A DNA stretch of 64,000 nt. Origin: Acutalibacteraceae bacterium (lineage in GTDB: Bacteria > Bacillota > Clostridia > Oscillospirales > Acutalibacteraceae). Every line of letters begins with the position of its first letter. Positions within the stretch are counted from its first letter, which is position 1. The notes below the pieces were generated by a model. It worked only from the letters and a program-made list of their open reading frames with translations. It did no database searches and was not told where the DNA came from. The translations under genes were made by a program, and so were the position numbers. Shown here piece by piece: positions 44,371 through 54,349 of the stretch. Location: NCBI GenBank assembly GCA_045544455.1, contig JAZPYZ010000022.1:8819-72818 (forward strand), read 5' to 3'.

Positions 44371-45642
44371 CTATTCCACAAAATCAAATTCAAAATCATC
44401 GATCCGCACGGTATCGCCGTCGGTACAACCGGCTTCTTTCAACGCGTTGATCACACCGGCCGATTCCAATACCCGTTCGAGATAATGCAGACTCTCGGTT
44501 TCGTCGACGTTGATGCCGCGCATCACCTGCATCAACCAATCGGCGGTCACTTCAAACGCACCGTCGACCTGTTCGATCGTCACCGCGTGACGATCGCCAT
44601 CCGCGACCACCGCGACCGGTACGGGATCGGGTTCAAATCGGCGTACCGGAGGCAGTTTTTGCAACGTTTCGGCACAGGCGTTGACCAACGCGTCGGTGCC
44701 GTGTGCAATGGGCGCCATGATCGGAAAATACGCCAAACCGCGTTTTTCCATTTCGGCCGCAAACGCCGCTTGTTGGTCGTCGGTCGCGAGATCGCATTTG
44801 TTGCCGGCGACCAACATCGGGCAATCCGCCAACTGGGGATTAAACGCTTTGAGTTCGCGGTTGATGGTATCGAAATCCTCGATCGGATCGCGGCCTTCGC
44901 TGCCGGCGACGTCCACCACGTGAATCAGCAGGCGGCAACGTTCAACGTGGCGCAAAAACGCGTGGCCGAGACCGGCCCCTTCGCTCGCGCCTTCGATCAC
45001 ACCGGGAATATCCGCCATCACAAACGAAACCCCTTCGGTCACCCGTACCACACCGAGAACCGGCGTGATGGTGGTGAAATGGTAGTTGGCGATTTCGGGT
45101 TTGGCTTCGCTGACTACCGAGATCAGCGTGGATTTACCGACGTTCGGGAACCCAACAAGGCCCACGTCGGCCAGTAATTTCAGTTCTAACCGCAGATCGT
45201 ACTGTTCACCGAGTCCGCCGGGTTTGGCAAACCGCGGCGCTTGTCTGGTGGGGGTGGCGAAATGCGCGTTACCCCAACCGCCGCGACCGCCTTGTGCCGC
45301 GACAAACGGGGTATCGTCCGACATATCGGCCATCAAACGGCCGGTATTGTCGTCGTAGATCAAGGTGCCGCGCGGCACTTTGACGATACAATCCGCACCG
45401 GCTTTCCCGAAACACCGTTTGCCGCCGCCGTTTTGTCCATGCGGCGCGGTGAATTTGCGTTTATACCGAAAATCCACCAAGGTATTCAGTCCGTCATCCA
45501 CCTGGAACACGATGCTGCCGCCATTACCGCCATCACCACCGTCCGGGCCGCCGGATGCTACGTATTTTTCGCGATGAAACGCCACCGCACCGTCGCCACC
45601 GTTGCCGGCGGCGATATGAATCTTTGCTTTATCTACAAACAT
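44371..45642 (-). CDS. obg: GTPase Obg
   Basis: 423 aa. Gly-rich Obg fold (AAGNGGDGAVAFHREKY..GGPDGGDGGNGG), G1 GFPNVGKSTLIS, C-terminal OCT-like domain. Confidence 0.95.
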   Translation of the reverse strand: MFVDKAKIHIAAGNGGDGAVAFHREKYVASGGPDGGDGGNGGSIVFQVDDGLNTLVDFRYKRKFTAPHGQNGGGKRCFGKAGADCIVKVPRGTLIYDDNTGRLMADMSDDTPFVAAQGGRGGWGNAHFATPTRQAPRFAKPGGLGEQYDLRLELKLLADVGLVGFPNVGKSTLISVVSEAKPEIANYHFTTITPVLGVVRVTEGVSFVMADIPGVIEGASEGAGLGHAFLRHVERCRLLIHVVDVAGSEGRDPIEDFDTINRELKAFNPQLADCPMLVAGNKCDLATDDQQAAFAAEMEKRGLAYFPIMAPIAHGTDALVNACAETLQKLPPVRRFEPDPVPVAVVADGDRHAVTIEQVDGAFEVTADWLMQVMRGINVDETESLHYLERVLESAGVINALKEAGCTDGDTVRIDDFEFDFVE

Positions 45643-45673
45643 AGCGTCTTTCCTCCGTCTTATTAACCAATTT

Positions 45674-45703
45674 ATTATATCGCGACTTGTCCCGTTCTGT
45701 CAA
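45674..45703 (-). promoter_or_regulatory. Sigma-A-type promoter for obg
   Basis: Minus strand: TTGACA (revcomp of 45698-45703), 18 nt, TATAAT (revcomp of 45674-45679). Confidence 0.6.
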
Positions 45704-45812
45704 CGCTCTCCCCCCTCTGTCGACACGAAAAAACACAACTTTCTTGTAATAACGATTGAAAACCCGCGTTTTTTGTGGTATGGTTAGTATACATTGTAAA
45801 GGGGGAACGGCG

Positions 45813-47102
45813 ATGCAAGAGCGTACAACCGATACCACCGCGCGCGTAGCGTGGTTGTGGGCGTTACCGGCAATATGGTTGCCGCTTTTACCGGAATATA
45901 TTGCGCCGATCTTAGCGATCGTATCCTTTGTGGTGGTGTGCGTAACTACCCACAAACATCGCGAATCGTTGCAAATCGGGCAGATCGGGAAGATTTTGTT
46001 GATTTACATGGCGTATATGTTGATCGGCACGTTGTATTCGGCCCATCCGCTCAACACCCTATCTACCTTTGCGATGTGGTTGGTGATGTTTGCGTTTTAC
46101 CTGTCGCTGACCACCCTGCTTCAAACGCGCGAACGGTTTGATATGCTGTTTGCCGGACTCGCCATCGCGGCTGGCGTGGCCGGTTTGATCGCGGTGGTCC
46201 AATACGTAGGGATCGCGTTTTTTAAATGGGAGATCTCGGAATATTTTTGGGATCCGATCGACATGATCTTCTATAAATATTTCCCGATGGAACTCGACTT
46301 TTTCGTGCCGGGGAAATTGCGGACCGGCGGTCCGTTCAACAACCAAAATATCTTTGCGGAATATCTGGTGATGGCGTTGCCGTTTTCGGTCTATTACGCC
46401 TTTTCCGGACGGCGCACCACGATGAAACTGGTCGCGCGCATCGCGGTAGTGTTCGCGGTGGCCGGTGTGGGCGTTTCGCTTTGTCGCGGCGCGTATCTCG
46501 CGCTGTTGGTCATGATCGTTGTGTGGATGATCTTTGTGGCGCGCAGTCGGATTCCGTTGATCACGTTCGGCGTGGCCGGTGTTTCGTGTTTGCCACAATC
46601 GATCCTCGATCGGTTTGTCTCGATCGGATCGGGCGATAAATCCATCATGAACCGGTTACGGCAATGGCAGATCGCACTGGAACACATCGCCGCGCGCCCG
46701 TTGTTTGGGTATGGCGCCGGTGTAAGCAACACCACCGACATGTTACACGCCGCCAAAATGGACGCGCCGCATATGCACAACTTGATTTTGATGTTGTGGA
46801 TCGAAGGCGGATTGCCGTCGCTGATCTTGGTCGGGATGGTGATCTTTACGGTGTTGCGATACAGCATGGATCTGTTGATCCGGCGGATCAACCGGCCGTT
46901 AGCGGTGGCACTGATGGCGTTTGTAGCCGGGTTTATGACCTGCAGCATGTTCGATTTCCCCCTCATGACGCCGAAACTGGTCGGGTTTTTCCTGATCGTC
47001 ATGGCGATCGCCGATGCCGGCGCACGTGTGGAACTTGGCCGTACGACTTCTTGGTTATCGCGGTTGGATTCGTCCCGTCGGTCACGGCTTAACAACCCGT
47101 AA
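45813..47102 (+). CDS. O-antigen ligase/polymerase-family membrane protein (Wzy_C)
   Basis: ORF 45756..47102. Start moved to ATG 45813, behind AAGGGGGAA. About 10-12 TM helices and the loop PLFGYGAGVSN...PHMHNLILMLWIEGGLP. Confidence 0.75.
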   Translation: MQERTTDTTARVAWLWALPAIWLPLLPEYIAPILAIVSFVVVCVTTHKHRESLQIGQIGKILLIYMAYMLIGTLYSAHPLNTLSTFAMWLVMFAFYLSLTTLLQTRERFDMLFAGLAIAAGVAGLIAVVQYVGIAFFKWEISEYFWDPIDMIFYKYFPMELDFFVPGKLRTGGPFNNQNIFAEYLVMALPFSVYYAFSGRRTTMKLVARIAVVFAVAGVGVSLCRGAYLALLVMIVVWMIFVARSRIPLITFGVAGVSCLPQSILDRFVSIGSGDKSIMNRLRQWQIALEHIAARPLFGYGAGVSNTTDMLHAAKMDAPHMHNLILMLWIEGGLPSLILVGMVIFTVLRYSMDLLIRRINRPLAVALMAFVAGFMTCSMFDFPLMTPKLVGFFLIVMAIADAGARVELGRTTSWLSRLDSSRRSRLNNP

Positions 47103-47114
47103 TCCCCACAAAAC

Positions 47115-47146
47115 AAACCCCCTCGAGACATCTCGAGGGGGTTTTT
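47115..47146. terminator. Bidirectional terminator (O-antigen-ligase-like gene / serS)
   Basis: aaaccccctcgaga-ca-tctcgagggggttttt. Confidence 0.8.
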
Positions 47147-47185
47147 CGTATGTGAATGATTGGTCAAACTATCCCGGGGTGGCTA

Positions 47186-48457
47186 TTATCGAATGACGTC
47201 GCAACCCATATACGGTTGCAACACGGCCGGTACCCGCACCGAACCGTCTTCGTTTTGATAGTTTTCAAGGATCGCGGCTACCGTGCGGCCAACCGCTAAG
47301 CCCGACCCGTTAAGGGTATGCACCAACTGCGCTTTGTCTTTCGGATCGCGTTTAAACCGGATTGACGCACGGCGCGCTTGATAATCTTCAAAGTTGGAAC
47401 AACTGGAGATCTCGACATACCGGTTATACGACGGCATCCACACTTCGATATCGTAGGTTTTTGCGCTCGAAAAACCAAGGTCGCCGGTCGACAAGGTAAC
47501 CACGCGGTGCGGCAGTTCGAGTTGTTGTAACAGATATTCCGCATCGTTCGTAAGTTTTTCCAGTTCGTCATAACTGGTTTCGGGATCGGCGAATTTCACC
47601 AGTTCAACTTTATTGAATTGGTGTTGACGGATCAAACCGCGGGTATCGCGGCCGGCGCTACCGGCTTCTGCACGGAAACACGCCGAATACGCACAATAAC
47701 GGATCGGCAGTTTCGTCCCGTCGATGATCTCGTCGCGGTGCATGTTGGTAACCGGCACTTCCGCCGTCGGAATCAGGAAATAATCCTCGTTTTCAAGATG
47801 GAACGCATCTTCTTCAAATTTCGGCAACTGGCCGGTACCGGTCATCGAGGCACGGTTAACCATAAACGGCGGCAAAATCTCGGTATAGCCGCGTTCGGTA
47901 TGGGTGTTGAGGAAAAAGTTGATGACCGCGCGTTCCAACCGCGCGCCGAGTCCTCGATAGAAATGGAACCGCGCACCGGTAACTTTGGCCGCAACGTCCG
48001 GGTTGAGGATGTTCAGGTTCGCGCCGATATCCCAATGGGGTTTCGGTTCGAACGCAAACGCCGTCGGTTCGCCAAACCGGCGCATTTCCACGTTTTCGCT
48101 ATCGTCTTTCCCGACCGGCACGCTCGCGTTCGGGATATTCGGGATCGACAGCAGAATCTGCCGTTGTTCGTCCTCAATCTTCGCGAGTTGTTGATCCCCT
48201 TCCTTAACCTGGTCGGAAATCTCTTTCATCTTCGCCAAAATGGCCGACACGTCGCCGCCCTCTTTTTTGATCTGCGGAATCTGTTTGCTGGCTTGGTTTT
48301 GTTCGGCTTTCAACGCCTCGACAGATGCCGTGATCTCGCGGCGTTTGCCGTCCAACGCGATGACCTGGTCGATCAACGCGTCCATATCTTTGTTGCGCGA
48401 CCGCATGGCCTGTTTGACCATATCCGGTTGACTGCGTACCAATTTGATGTCTAACAT
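47186..48457 (-). CDS. serS: Serine--tRNA ligase
   Basis: 423 aa. Coiled-coil N-arm, [12 protein letters not shown], and motif 3 [19 protein letters not shown]. Starts only 23 nt after the parB stop, so there is no room for a T-box leader. Confidence 0.95.
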   Translation of the reverse strand: MLDIKLVRSQPDMVKQAMRSRNKDMDALIDQVIALDGKRREITASVEALKAEQNQASKQIPQIKKEGGDVSAILAKMKEISDQVKEGDQQLAKIEDEQRQILLSIPNIPNASVPVGKDDSENVEMRRFGEPTAFAFEPKPHWDIGANLNILNPDVAAKVTGARFHFYRGLGARLERAVINFFLNTHTERGYTEILPPFMVNRASMTGTGQLPKFEEDAFHLENEDYFLIPTAEVPVTNMHRDEIIDGTKLPIRYCAYSACFRAEAGSAGRDTRGLIRQHQFNKVELVKFADPETSYDELEKLTNDAEYLLQQLELPHRVVTLSTGDLGFSSAKTYDIEVWMPSYNRYVEISSCSNFEDYQARRASIRFKRDPKDKAQLVHTLNGSGLAVGRTVAAILENYQNEDGSVRVPAVLQPYMGCDVIR

Positions 48458-48480
48458 ACTGTATTATCCCCTTTGCTCGA

Positions 48481-49338
48481 TTATCTGTCTTCCGGTACCA
48501 GTCGGTTTGCGAGTTCCTGCAAATCGGCATCCCCGTAAAATTCGATCTGTAATACGCCTTTGTTGCCGCCGGCAGTCACCTTGACCTTGCGACCGAGATG
48601 TTCGGTCAACGCGATAGCTACTTCTTGATAAAACGCGTGGCCGCCGCCAAAGGTGGCCGGTTTGGTGCCGGACTTTTCGGTCGGGTTGGCTTTGGCGCGT
48701 TGTTCGGTCTCACGTACCGACCAACCGGCCGCTACCGCCTGCTTCGACAGTTCGATCTGCCGTGCTTCGTCGGCCTGCGCCAAGATCGCCCGGGCGTGTC
48801 CGGCAGACAGTTGACCGGATTCGACCATTTCCGCCACCGATGCCGGCAGTTTCAACAACCGCAACGCGTTGGCTACCGCCGGCCGTGATTTACCGACTGC
48901 CGTGGCCGCTTGTTCTTGCGTCAAACCATAGGTTTCCATCAACGTACGATACCCCAACGCCTCTTCCATCGGGTTCAAGTCTTCGCGTTGCAGGTTTTCG
49001 ATGATAGCGAGTTCCGCCGCCTCACGATCGCTCATTTCGCGCACCACCGCCGGGATTTCGGTCAATCCGGCCGCTTGTGCCGCGCGCCAACGCCGTTCGC
49101 CGGCCACGATGCGATACCCACCGCGCGTCAACGGACGCACCAAAATCGGTTGCAACACCCCGTGTTCGGCAATCGAAGCGGTCAATTCCGCCATCGCCTG
49201 TTCATCAAACCGCTTACGCGGTTGATCAACGTTGGGTTCCACTTCTAAAATCGGTAACAATTCGGCAGCGGTCGACACGGTATCGTTTTCTTCAAACAAC
49301 GCCGTGAGCCCTTTGCCAAGTCCCCGTTGAATCGCCAT
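48481..49338 (-). CDS. parB: Chromosome partitioning protein ParB/Spo0J
   Basis: 285 aa with IVAGERRWRAAQAAGL and the HTH LTQEQAATAVGKSRPAVANALRLL. Confidence 0.95.
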   Translation of the reverse strand: MAIQRGLGKGLTALFEENDTVSTAAELLPILEVEPNVDQPRKRFDEQAMAELTASIAEHGVLQPILVRPLTRGGYRIVAGERRWRAAQAAGLTEIPAVVREMSDREAAELAIIENLQREDLNPMEEALGYRTLMETYGLTQEQAATAVGKSRPAVANALRLLKLPASVAEMVESGQLSAGHARAILAQADEARQIELSKQAVAAGWSVRETEQRAKANPTEKSGTKPATFGGGHAFYQEVAIALTEHLGRKVKVTAGGNKGVLQIEFYGDADLQELANRLVPEDR

Positions 49339-49339
49339 C

Positions 49340-50101
49340 TTATTGCCCTCCTATCAATTCATCTGCGAGCATATTATACGCGATCGCCCCCTTGGACGAG
49401 CGATCGTAATACGCGATCGGTTTCCCGTGGCTGGGCGCTTCCGACAACCGCACACTACGCGGAATCGGTTGCGAAAACACCTTGCGCGGAAAGAATTTCT
49501 TGACCTCAGCCGCGACCTGTTGCGTCAAATTCAACCGCCCGTCAAACATGGTCAACAACACCCCTTCGATATCGATGTGGGGATTGTACAACCGCTTGAC
49601 CTGCCGCACCGTCGCCATCAGTTGGGATAACCCTTCGAGCGCAAAATATTCGCACTGGATCGGCACGATCAAGGTATCGGCCGCACACAACGCGTTGAGT
49701 GTCAACAATCCGAGCGACGGCGGACAATCGATGAAAATATAATCGTATTCGTCCCGCAACGCCGCGAGCGCCACTTTCAGACGTGCCTCTCGCCGAGAAA
49801 ACTCGATGAGTTCGATCTCCGCGCCGGCCAACTCCATGCCGGACGGAATCACATCCACGTTGGTAAACGCGGTGTGTACGATCACGTCCTTCGCGTCGAC
49901 ACCGTTAATCAACATCTCGTACGACGTTCCCTCGGTCTTGCGTTTGTTGATGCCCATGCCGCTGGTGGCGTTTCCTTGCGGATCGATATCCACCAACAGG
50001 CACTTTTTATCTTTGAGTCCGACCGCCGCCGTCAGGTTAACGCTGGTCGTGGTCTTCCCCACGCCGCCCTTTTGGTTGACGATCGCCATGATTTTTCCCA
50101 T
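49340..50101 (-). CDS. parA: Chromosome partitioning ATPase ParA/Soj
   Basis: 253 aa with the deviant Walker A NQKGGVGKTTTS. Confidence 0.95.
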   Translation of the reverse strand: MGKIMAIVNQKGGVGKTTTSVNLTAAVGLKDKKCLLVDIDPQGNATSGMGINKRKTEGTSYEMLINGVDAKDVIVHTAFTNVDVIPSGMELAGAEIELIEFSRREARLKVALAALRDEYDYIFIDCPPSLGLLTLNALCAADTLIVPIQCEYFALEGLSQLMATVRQVKRLYNPHIDIEGVLLTMFDGRLNLTQQVAAEVKKFFPRKVFSQPIPRSVRLSEAPSHGKPIAYYDRSSKGAIAYNMLADELIGGQ

Positions 50102-50116
50102 GCCGTTCTCCTCTCA

Positions 50117-50132
50117 TGTTTCACGTGAAACA
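50117..50132. promoter_or_regulatory. parS site 1 (perfect TGTTTCACGTGAAACA)
   Basis: Exact 16-bp palindrome matching the Firmicute parS consensus TGTTNCACGTGAAACA. Lies immediately upstream of the parA RBS (GAGGAG at 50104-50109, minus strand). Confidence 0.9.
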
Positions 50133-50153
50133 TTGGCCGTTTGGCGGTTCGTT

Positions 50154-50169
50154 TGTTTCACGTGAAACA
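50154..50169. promoter_or_regulatory. parS site 2 (perfect TGTTTCACGTGAAACA)
   Basis: Second identical 16-bp palindrome, 37 bp centre-to-centre from site 1. Confidence 0.9.
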
Positions 50170-50274
50170 AATGAACCCGTTGTTGCTCATTGTAACACAC
50201 TTTTTTCGCGTTGTAAACGCTTTTTTGCGGCGGAATCCGACCAAAACCGACGGAAAACTTTGGTTCTCTCCTCA

Positions 50275-50307
50275 AAATAAAACCGCACACCGTCGGTGTG
50301 CGGTTTT
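50275..50307 (-). terminator. Intrinsic terminator of the mgtC pair
   Basis: aaaaccgcacacc-gtc-ggtgtgcggtttt, followed by a T-rich run on the minus strand. Confidence 0.8.
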
Positions 50308-50323
50308 AAGGGTTGTCCTGTTG

Positions 50324-51052
50324 TCAGAAGCTGATCGACTTGATGCCGGGGTATTTGTCTGTAAACGCCATCACCTGTTCGAAAGTGATATGCCCCTTCA
50401 TCCGCGCCGACATCACCAGATCCAACGTGCCATCGGCCGACTTGGTGATACGCGAATTGTATACCTCGATACCGAGTTTTTCTTGCTTTTGTTTCAAGAC
50501 CGCGCGCAGTTCGGGCGTATCGTCCATGATGATGCGGATCTCCGTGTTGGAATACGAATCGTTACCGATATTGAACCGGTGCATCAACAGTTGGATGATC
50601 ACGATAAGTGCGGTCACGAAGAATGCCATCGCGTACATGCCGCTGCCACACGCCAAGCCCACCGCCGCCGTCGCCCAAATGCCGGCCGCCGTGGTAAGCC
50701 CCTTTACGGTGTTGCCGTTTTTAAAGATAACGCCGGCGCCGAGGAACGAAATGCCACTGACCACCTGGCTCGCCACACGGCTGGGATCGGCGCCGCGCAA
50801 GCCGGGATACAGATCGCCGAGTTGCGTTACCAAATCCATAAAGCCGTATTTCGAGATCACCATAATCAGCGCCGAGGCGCACGCGATGATGCAGTGAGTG
50901 CGAATACCAGCCTCTTTCGACCGTTTGGTGCGTTCCAATCCGATGATCGCGCCGCACAAGGTTGCCGCCGCCACCCGTAACACAAACGCACACGTCGGGT
51001 AGGTTTCCAAAAAACTCACAACCGCGTTATAGGTTTCGATTATCCATTCCAT
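50324..51052 (-). CDS. MgtC/SapB-family membrane protein
   Basis: ORF 50324..51112. Start moved to ATG 51052, behind GAGGAGAG. Signature LCGAIIGLERTKRSKEAGIRTH, followed by a soluble ACT-like tail. Confidence 0.8.
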   Translation of the reverse strand: MEWIIETYNAVVSFLETYPTCAFVLRVAAATLCGAIIGLERTKRSKEAGIRTHCIIACASALIMVISKYGFMDLVTQLGDLYPGLRGADPSRVASQVVSGISFLGAGVIFKNGNTVKGLTTAAGIWATAAVGLACGSGMYAMAFFVTALIVIIQLLMHRFNIGNDSYSNTEIRIIMDDTPELRAVLKQKQEKLGIEVYNSRITKSADGTLDLVMSARMKGHITFEQVMAFTDKYPGIKSISF

Positions 51053-51074
51053 GTTGTCTACTCTCTCCTCTTCC

Positions 51075-51734
51075 TTATATCGAGATCGCCAATATCTCTT
51101 CGTGCTCGTCACACAGCCGCAACGCTTGTTCGATGCTCAAACGGCGCGCCGTGCGCACACGTAACGTAAATTGTAAAGCGTCCCCTTGCCGCTTATATCG
51201 CGCGGTGAGAACGCGCACGTCGTCTCCCAGCACCCGTTGTTGCAACAACGCGCGTGCCGCCGGCGTGTCGGTAACGGTCACCTTGATCTTACGGATCATC
51301 CAATCCTGCCCGTCAAGCGTGCCGTAGTAAAAAACCAGTTGCACCAGAATAATGAGCCCCGTCGCGATCGCCGCCACCGCATACAGCCCCATGCCACAGG
51401 CCATGCCGATGGCCACCGTTGCCCAAACGCCGGTCGCCGTCCGCAACCCGGCCACCACCTGGTACTTGCTACGCAGGATCATGCCGGCGCCCATAAACGA
51501 AAACCCATACACAATCTGGGTTGCGAGGATCGAATAATCCGTCTCGAACGGCGAATCCGCATACGCGTATACCGACAACAACATATACGCCGCCGCAGCC
51601 GCCGCCACAATGCTGTGCGTGCGGATGCCGGCATCGCGCAACCGCAAGCCGCGCTCTAATCCGACGCAAGCGCCGAGCGCCGCCGCTACCGTGATCCGCA
51701 TCATCACCACGCCAACCAGTTCCCATCCGGTCAT
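51075..51734 (-). CDS. MgtC/SapB-family membrane protein (tandem paralog)
   Basis: 219 aa with the signature LGACVGLERGLRLRDAGIRTH. Confidence 0.8.
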   Translation of the reverse strand: MTGWELVGVVMMRITVAAALGACVGLERGLRLRDAGIRTHSIVAAAAAAYMLLSVYAYADSPFETDYSILATQIVYGFSFMGAGMILRSKYQVVAGLRTATGVWATVAIGMACGMGLYAVAAIATGLIILVQLVFYYGTLDGQDWMIRKIKVTVTDTPAARALLQQRVLGDDVRVLTARYKRQGDALQFTLRVRTARRLSIEQALRLCDEHEEILAISI

Positions 51735-51973
51735 CCGTCCGTCACCGCCCTTTATAATAAAGTAATAATATTGCTTTTTAATATATTTTAATATATTATC
51801 ACAATCACTAAAAAATGTACAGTCTTTTTTTAAATTCCATGGAAATTTGCTAAAAATATGACTTTACCTCTCTTGATTTGCTTTTTTTAAGGTGTTTGAC
51901 TTCAAGCGTTTACTTTTTTCTCGGATTTCGGTATAGTAAACTTAGAAAATTATCTGCAGATGAGGTGATCTTT

Positions 51974-53011
51974 GTGTTCCGACGTCAACTTGTTCGGGTG
52001 TTGACCGCGACGGTGTTGACCGTGTGTTTGGTTGTTGCCGGCCTGCCGGTACAGGCGGCAACTGCTTGTCCCGATATGCCCAAAGGCGCCGACAACCTGT
52101 TCGATGCCGACACGATGCAGGTGGTGGGCACCGGTGCGTTAGCGATATACGAAAACGAAACCTTGTTGTTGCAACCGCGCAACGGCGTTGATCCGGCGTA
52201 CGGATATATGGTGGCCTCGTTTGACCTGCCGGATTCGCTGGCGTCTTCTTCAACCGGGTTTGTCATCCGGTTTTGGACGCGGCTATCCACCTCTTGGTCG
52301 GATGGGACAGACGGATTACATATGCGGTTCTTGGATGCCGGATCCGGTGATTACTTCGGGGACTACTACGATATCCTGTTCCAACGCAGCAAAGCGATCT
52401 TGTACCGGGGACGTGGCGAACAAGCCAACCTGGCGCTCCCTTCCACCGGCAAATGTCTAGGTTCTTCCGAAGACACCTCGGTGATGGGCGACTGGAAAGA
52501 GATCAGCATCTATCTCAAACCGACCGGTAACCAATACGCGTTATCGGTGTTTGTCGACCGTGAAGCCATGGCCGACGACGGCGTCGATACCATTACGCTC
52601 GACAAAATGGATCTGTGTTTGATGTTTGGGTTCCAAAATCAAAGCGCGACCGTTCGCGGCATCCGGGTATACCAAGTCGATCCCGCTGCAACCGCCTTTG
52701 AACCGGCATTCGAACCCAACGCCGAATTCGATAACGCCGAAAACGGCACCGCCGGCGCCGATGGCGGCAACGGCGGCGTGACCTTGCTCGGAGACGCCGC
52801 GGATTCCGATACCGCTACCGACGGCGCGGCGGATGATTCTCCGTCTCATCAAGCCGATTCGGACTCCCCCGGCCTCCTGCCACTTATACTCGGCATCGGC
52901 GGCGGTGTCCTGGTATTGGCCGGCGCAATAATCGCGTTCATTTTAATCAAACGTAAACCGGCACCGGCCGCAACCGACGATAAGGAGGTGGACGACGATG
53001 AAAAGGTGTAA
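51974..53011 (+). CDS. Membrane-anchored extracytoplasmic protein with one A-type (ConA/LamG-like) module
   Basis: ORF 51878..53011. I prefer GTG 51974 (fRRQLVRVLTATVLTVCLVVAGLPVQAATA signal peptide), 5 nt after GAGGTGA. The module GYMVASFDL...ALSVFVDREA...VRGIRVYQV aligns with the A modules of the 1166-aa protein. It is followed by an acidic/Gly linker, TM LLPLILGIGGGVLVLAGAIIAFILI, and an acidic tail. Confidence 0.7.
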   Translation: MFRRQLVRVLTATVLTVCLVVAGLPVQAATACPDMPKGADNLFDADTMQVVGTGALAIYENETLLLQPRNGVDPAYGYMVASFDLPDSLASSSTGFVIRFWTRLSTSWSDGTDGLHMRFLDAGSGDYFGDYYDILFQRSKAILYRGRGEQANLALPSTGKCLGSSEDTSVMGDWKEISIYLKPTGNQYALSVFVDREAMADDGVDTITLDKMDLCLMFGFQNQSATVRGIRVYQVDPAATAFEPAFEPNAEFDNAENGTAGADGGNGGVTLLGDAADSDTATDGAADDSPSHQADSDSPGLLPLILGIGGGVLVLAGAIIAFILIKRKPAPAATDDKEVDDDEKV

Positions 53012-54209
53012 AGGTTTATGCCTTGTCATTGGACTATTCTTGTTGTTTGGTATGTTCGGCGGTTTATCCGCCTCGGCCTTTACGTATGCAGAATTGGGAG
53101 GCGTTATGGTGAAACTGAATCAGGATTGTGTGGACGTCTCGCTGATGCAACTCGGCGACATCACGCGTATGGCGAACGTGATGCGCCGCGCCCAAAACGG
53201 GGAAGAGATCACCATCGGCTTTATCGGTGGTTCAATCACCTATGGCTCGGGCATGATCGATAACGACGGCACGAACATGGATCGGTTCTCGGAACACGTA
53301 CAAGCGTGGTTCCGGGAGAAGTTCCCAAACGCGGTGTGTAACCTGGTCAACGCCGGCCTGCCGGCGACCGGTTCACTCATCGGCACTTTCCGCGCACCGA
53401 CCGACCTGTTTGCCGCCAAACCCGATCTGGTCGTGATCGAATACGCGGTCAACGAAGGTGCCGATCACAGTTCGCAAGAATCGACCGAAGCGTTGATCCG
53501 CAACGCGTTTGCGCTCGAAAACGATCCGGCAGTCATGTTGTTGTTTATGGCTACCAAAGGCGGTAACGGTTGGAACTCACAAGACGGCAAAGCCGAACTC
53601 GGCCGGTACTACGATCTGCCGATGATCAGCTGGGCAGACGGAGTTCGACGCGCGTTTGCTCTGGGACTTGCCACGCCAGACGATTTCGACGCCGACGGCA
53701 CCCACCCGAACAAAAACGGACATGCCGCCGTCAGTCAGTTTATCATCAACTATCTCGAGCAGGTGTACGCCTCGCTCGATACCGCGCCGACCGAAACGCC
53801 GGCCGTTCCCGAACCGTTATACAGCGACGATCTGCGGTACGTAAAAGCGTTGTCGTCCGCTAATTTTGCGCCGTCATCGCTCGGCAGTTTCTTGATCAGC
53901 GATAACGCCTGCATGTATGAACAGTTTAAACAAGGATGGACGGTCAACGGCGGCAGCGAACCGTTTGTGTTCGAATGCGAGGCCAAACGGGTATATATCC
54001 CGTACCAACGGTCCACCTCGTCCAACGGCGTGGTACAAGTAACGGTCAACGGCGTTCCGGTCAAACTGCTCGAAGCCAAAGCCGCCTCGTATAACCAACT
54101 CGGCGCGGCGCTGGTGTTTGAATCGGATACCACGAAAAAGGTGACCGTCGAACTCAAGCTCGTCAGCGGTTCGTCGTTCCAACTGTCCGGCATCTGGCTG
54201 GCTTATTGA
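52998..54209 (+). CDS. Secreted SGNH/GDSL-family hydrolase (esterase) with C-terminal beta-domain
   Basis: Signal peptide MKRCKGLCLVIGLFLLFGMFGGLSASA. Block I ITIGFIGGSITYGSG, block III DLVVIEYAVNE, block V DADGTHPN. Confidence 0.8.
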   Translation: MKRCKGLCLVIGLFLLFGMFGGLSASAFTYAELGGVMVKLNQDCVDVSLMQLGDITRMANVMRRAQNGEEITIGFIGGSITYGSGMIDNDGTNMDRFSEHVQAWFREKFPNAVCNLVNAGLPATGSLIGTFRAPTDLFAAKPDLVVIEYAVNEGADHSSQESTEALIRNAFALENDPAVMLLFMATKGGNGWNSQDGKAELGRYYDLPMISWADGVRRAFALGLATPDDFDADGTHPNKNGHAAVSQFIINYLEQVYASLDTAPTETPAVPEPLYSDDLRYVKALSSANFAPSSLGSFLISDNACMYEQFKQGWTVNGGSEPFVFECEAKRVYIPYQRSTSSNGVVQVTVNGVPVKLLEAKAASYNQLGAALVFESDTTKKVTVELKLVSGSSFQLSGIWLAY

Positions 54210-54235
54210 TCGGATACCTTAACCGATAACGTAAA

Positions 54236-54270
54236 CCCCCTGCGGAAACGCCGCAGGGGGTTGTTGTGTT
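54236..54270 (+). terminator. Intrinsic terminator of the SGNH hydrolase gene
   Basis: ccccctgcgg-aaacg-ccgcaggggg followed by ttgttgtgttt. Confidence 0.75.
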
Positions 54271-54279
54271 TGTCGACGG

Positions 54280-54308
54280 TTGCGATACGCCGGCAAACGT
54301 GGTATACT
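54280..54308 (+). promoter_or_regulatory. Sigma-A-type promoter for the flavoprotein gene
   Basis: TTGCGA, 17 nt, TATACT, with TG at the extended -10 position. Confidence 0.5.
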
Positions 54309-54349
54309 GTGGTTTGTAAAAGACGTTTCCACCGGAAAGGATGATACAG

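Noticed and set aside
48458-48480. T-box leaders upstream of serS (and of lysS at 28163-28220).
   Set aside because: The gaps are 23 nt and 58 nt. That is far too short for a ~200-nt T-box. serS is simply the third gene of the parAB transcript, and lysS follows a small greA hairpin.
51735-51973. Mg2+ (M-box) riboswitch upstream of the tandem mgtC genes.
   Set aside because: The leader is extremely AT-rich and I could not find the GC-rich multi-helix core expected of an M-box. I treat it as a divergent promoter region only. An Rfam scan would settle this.
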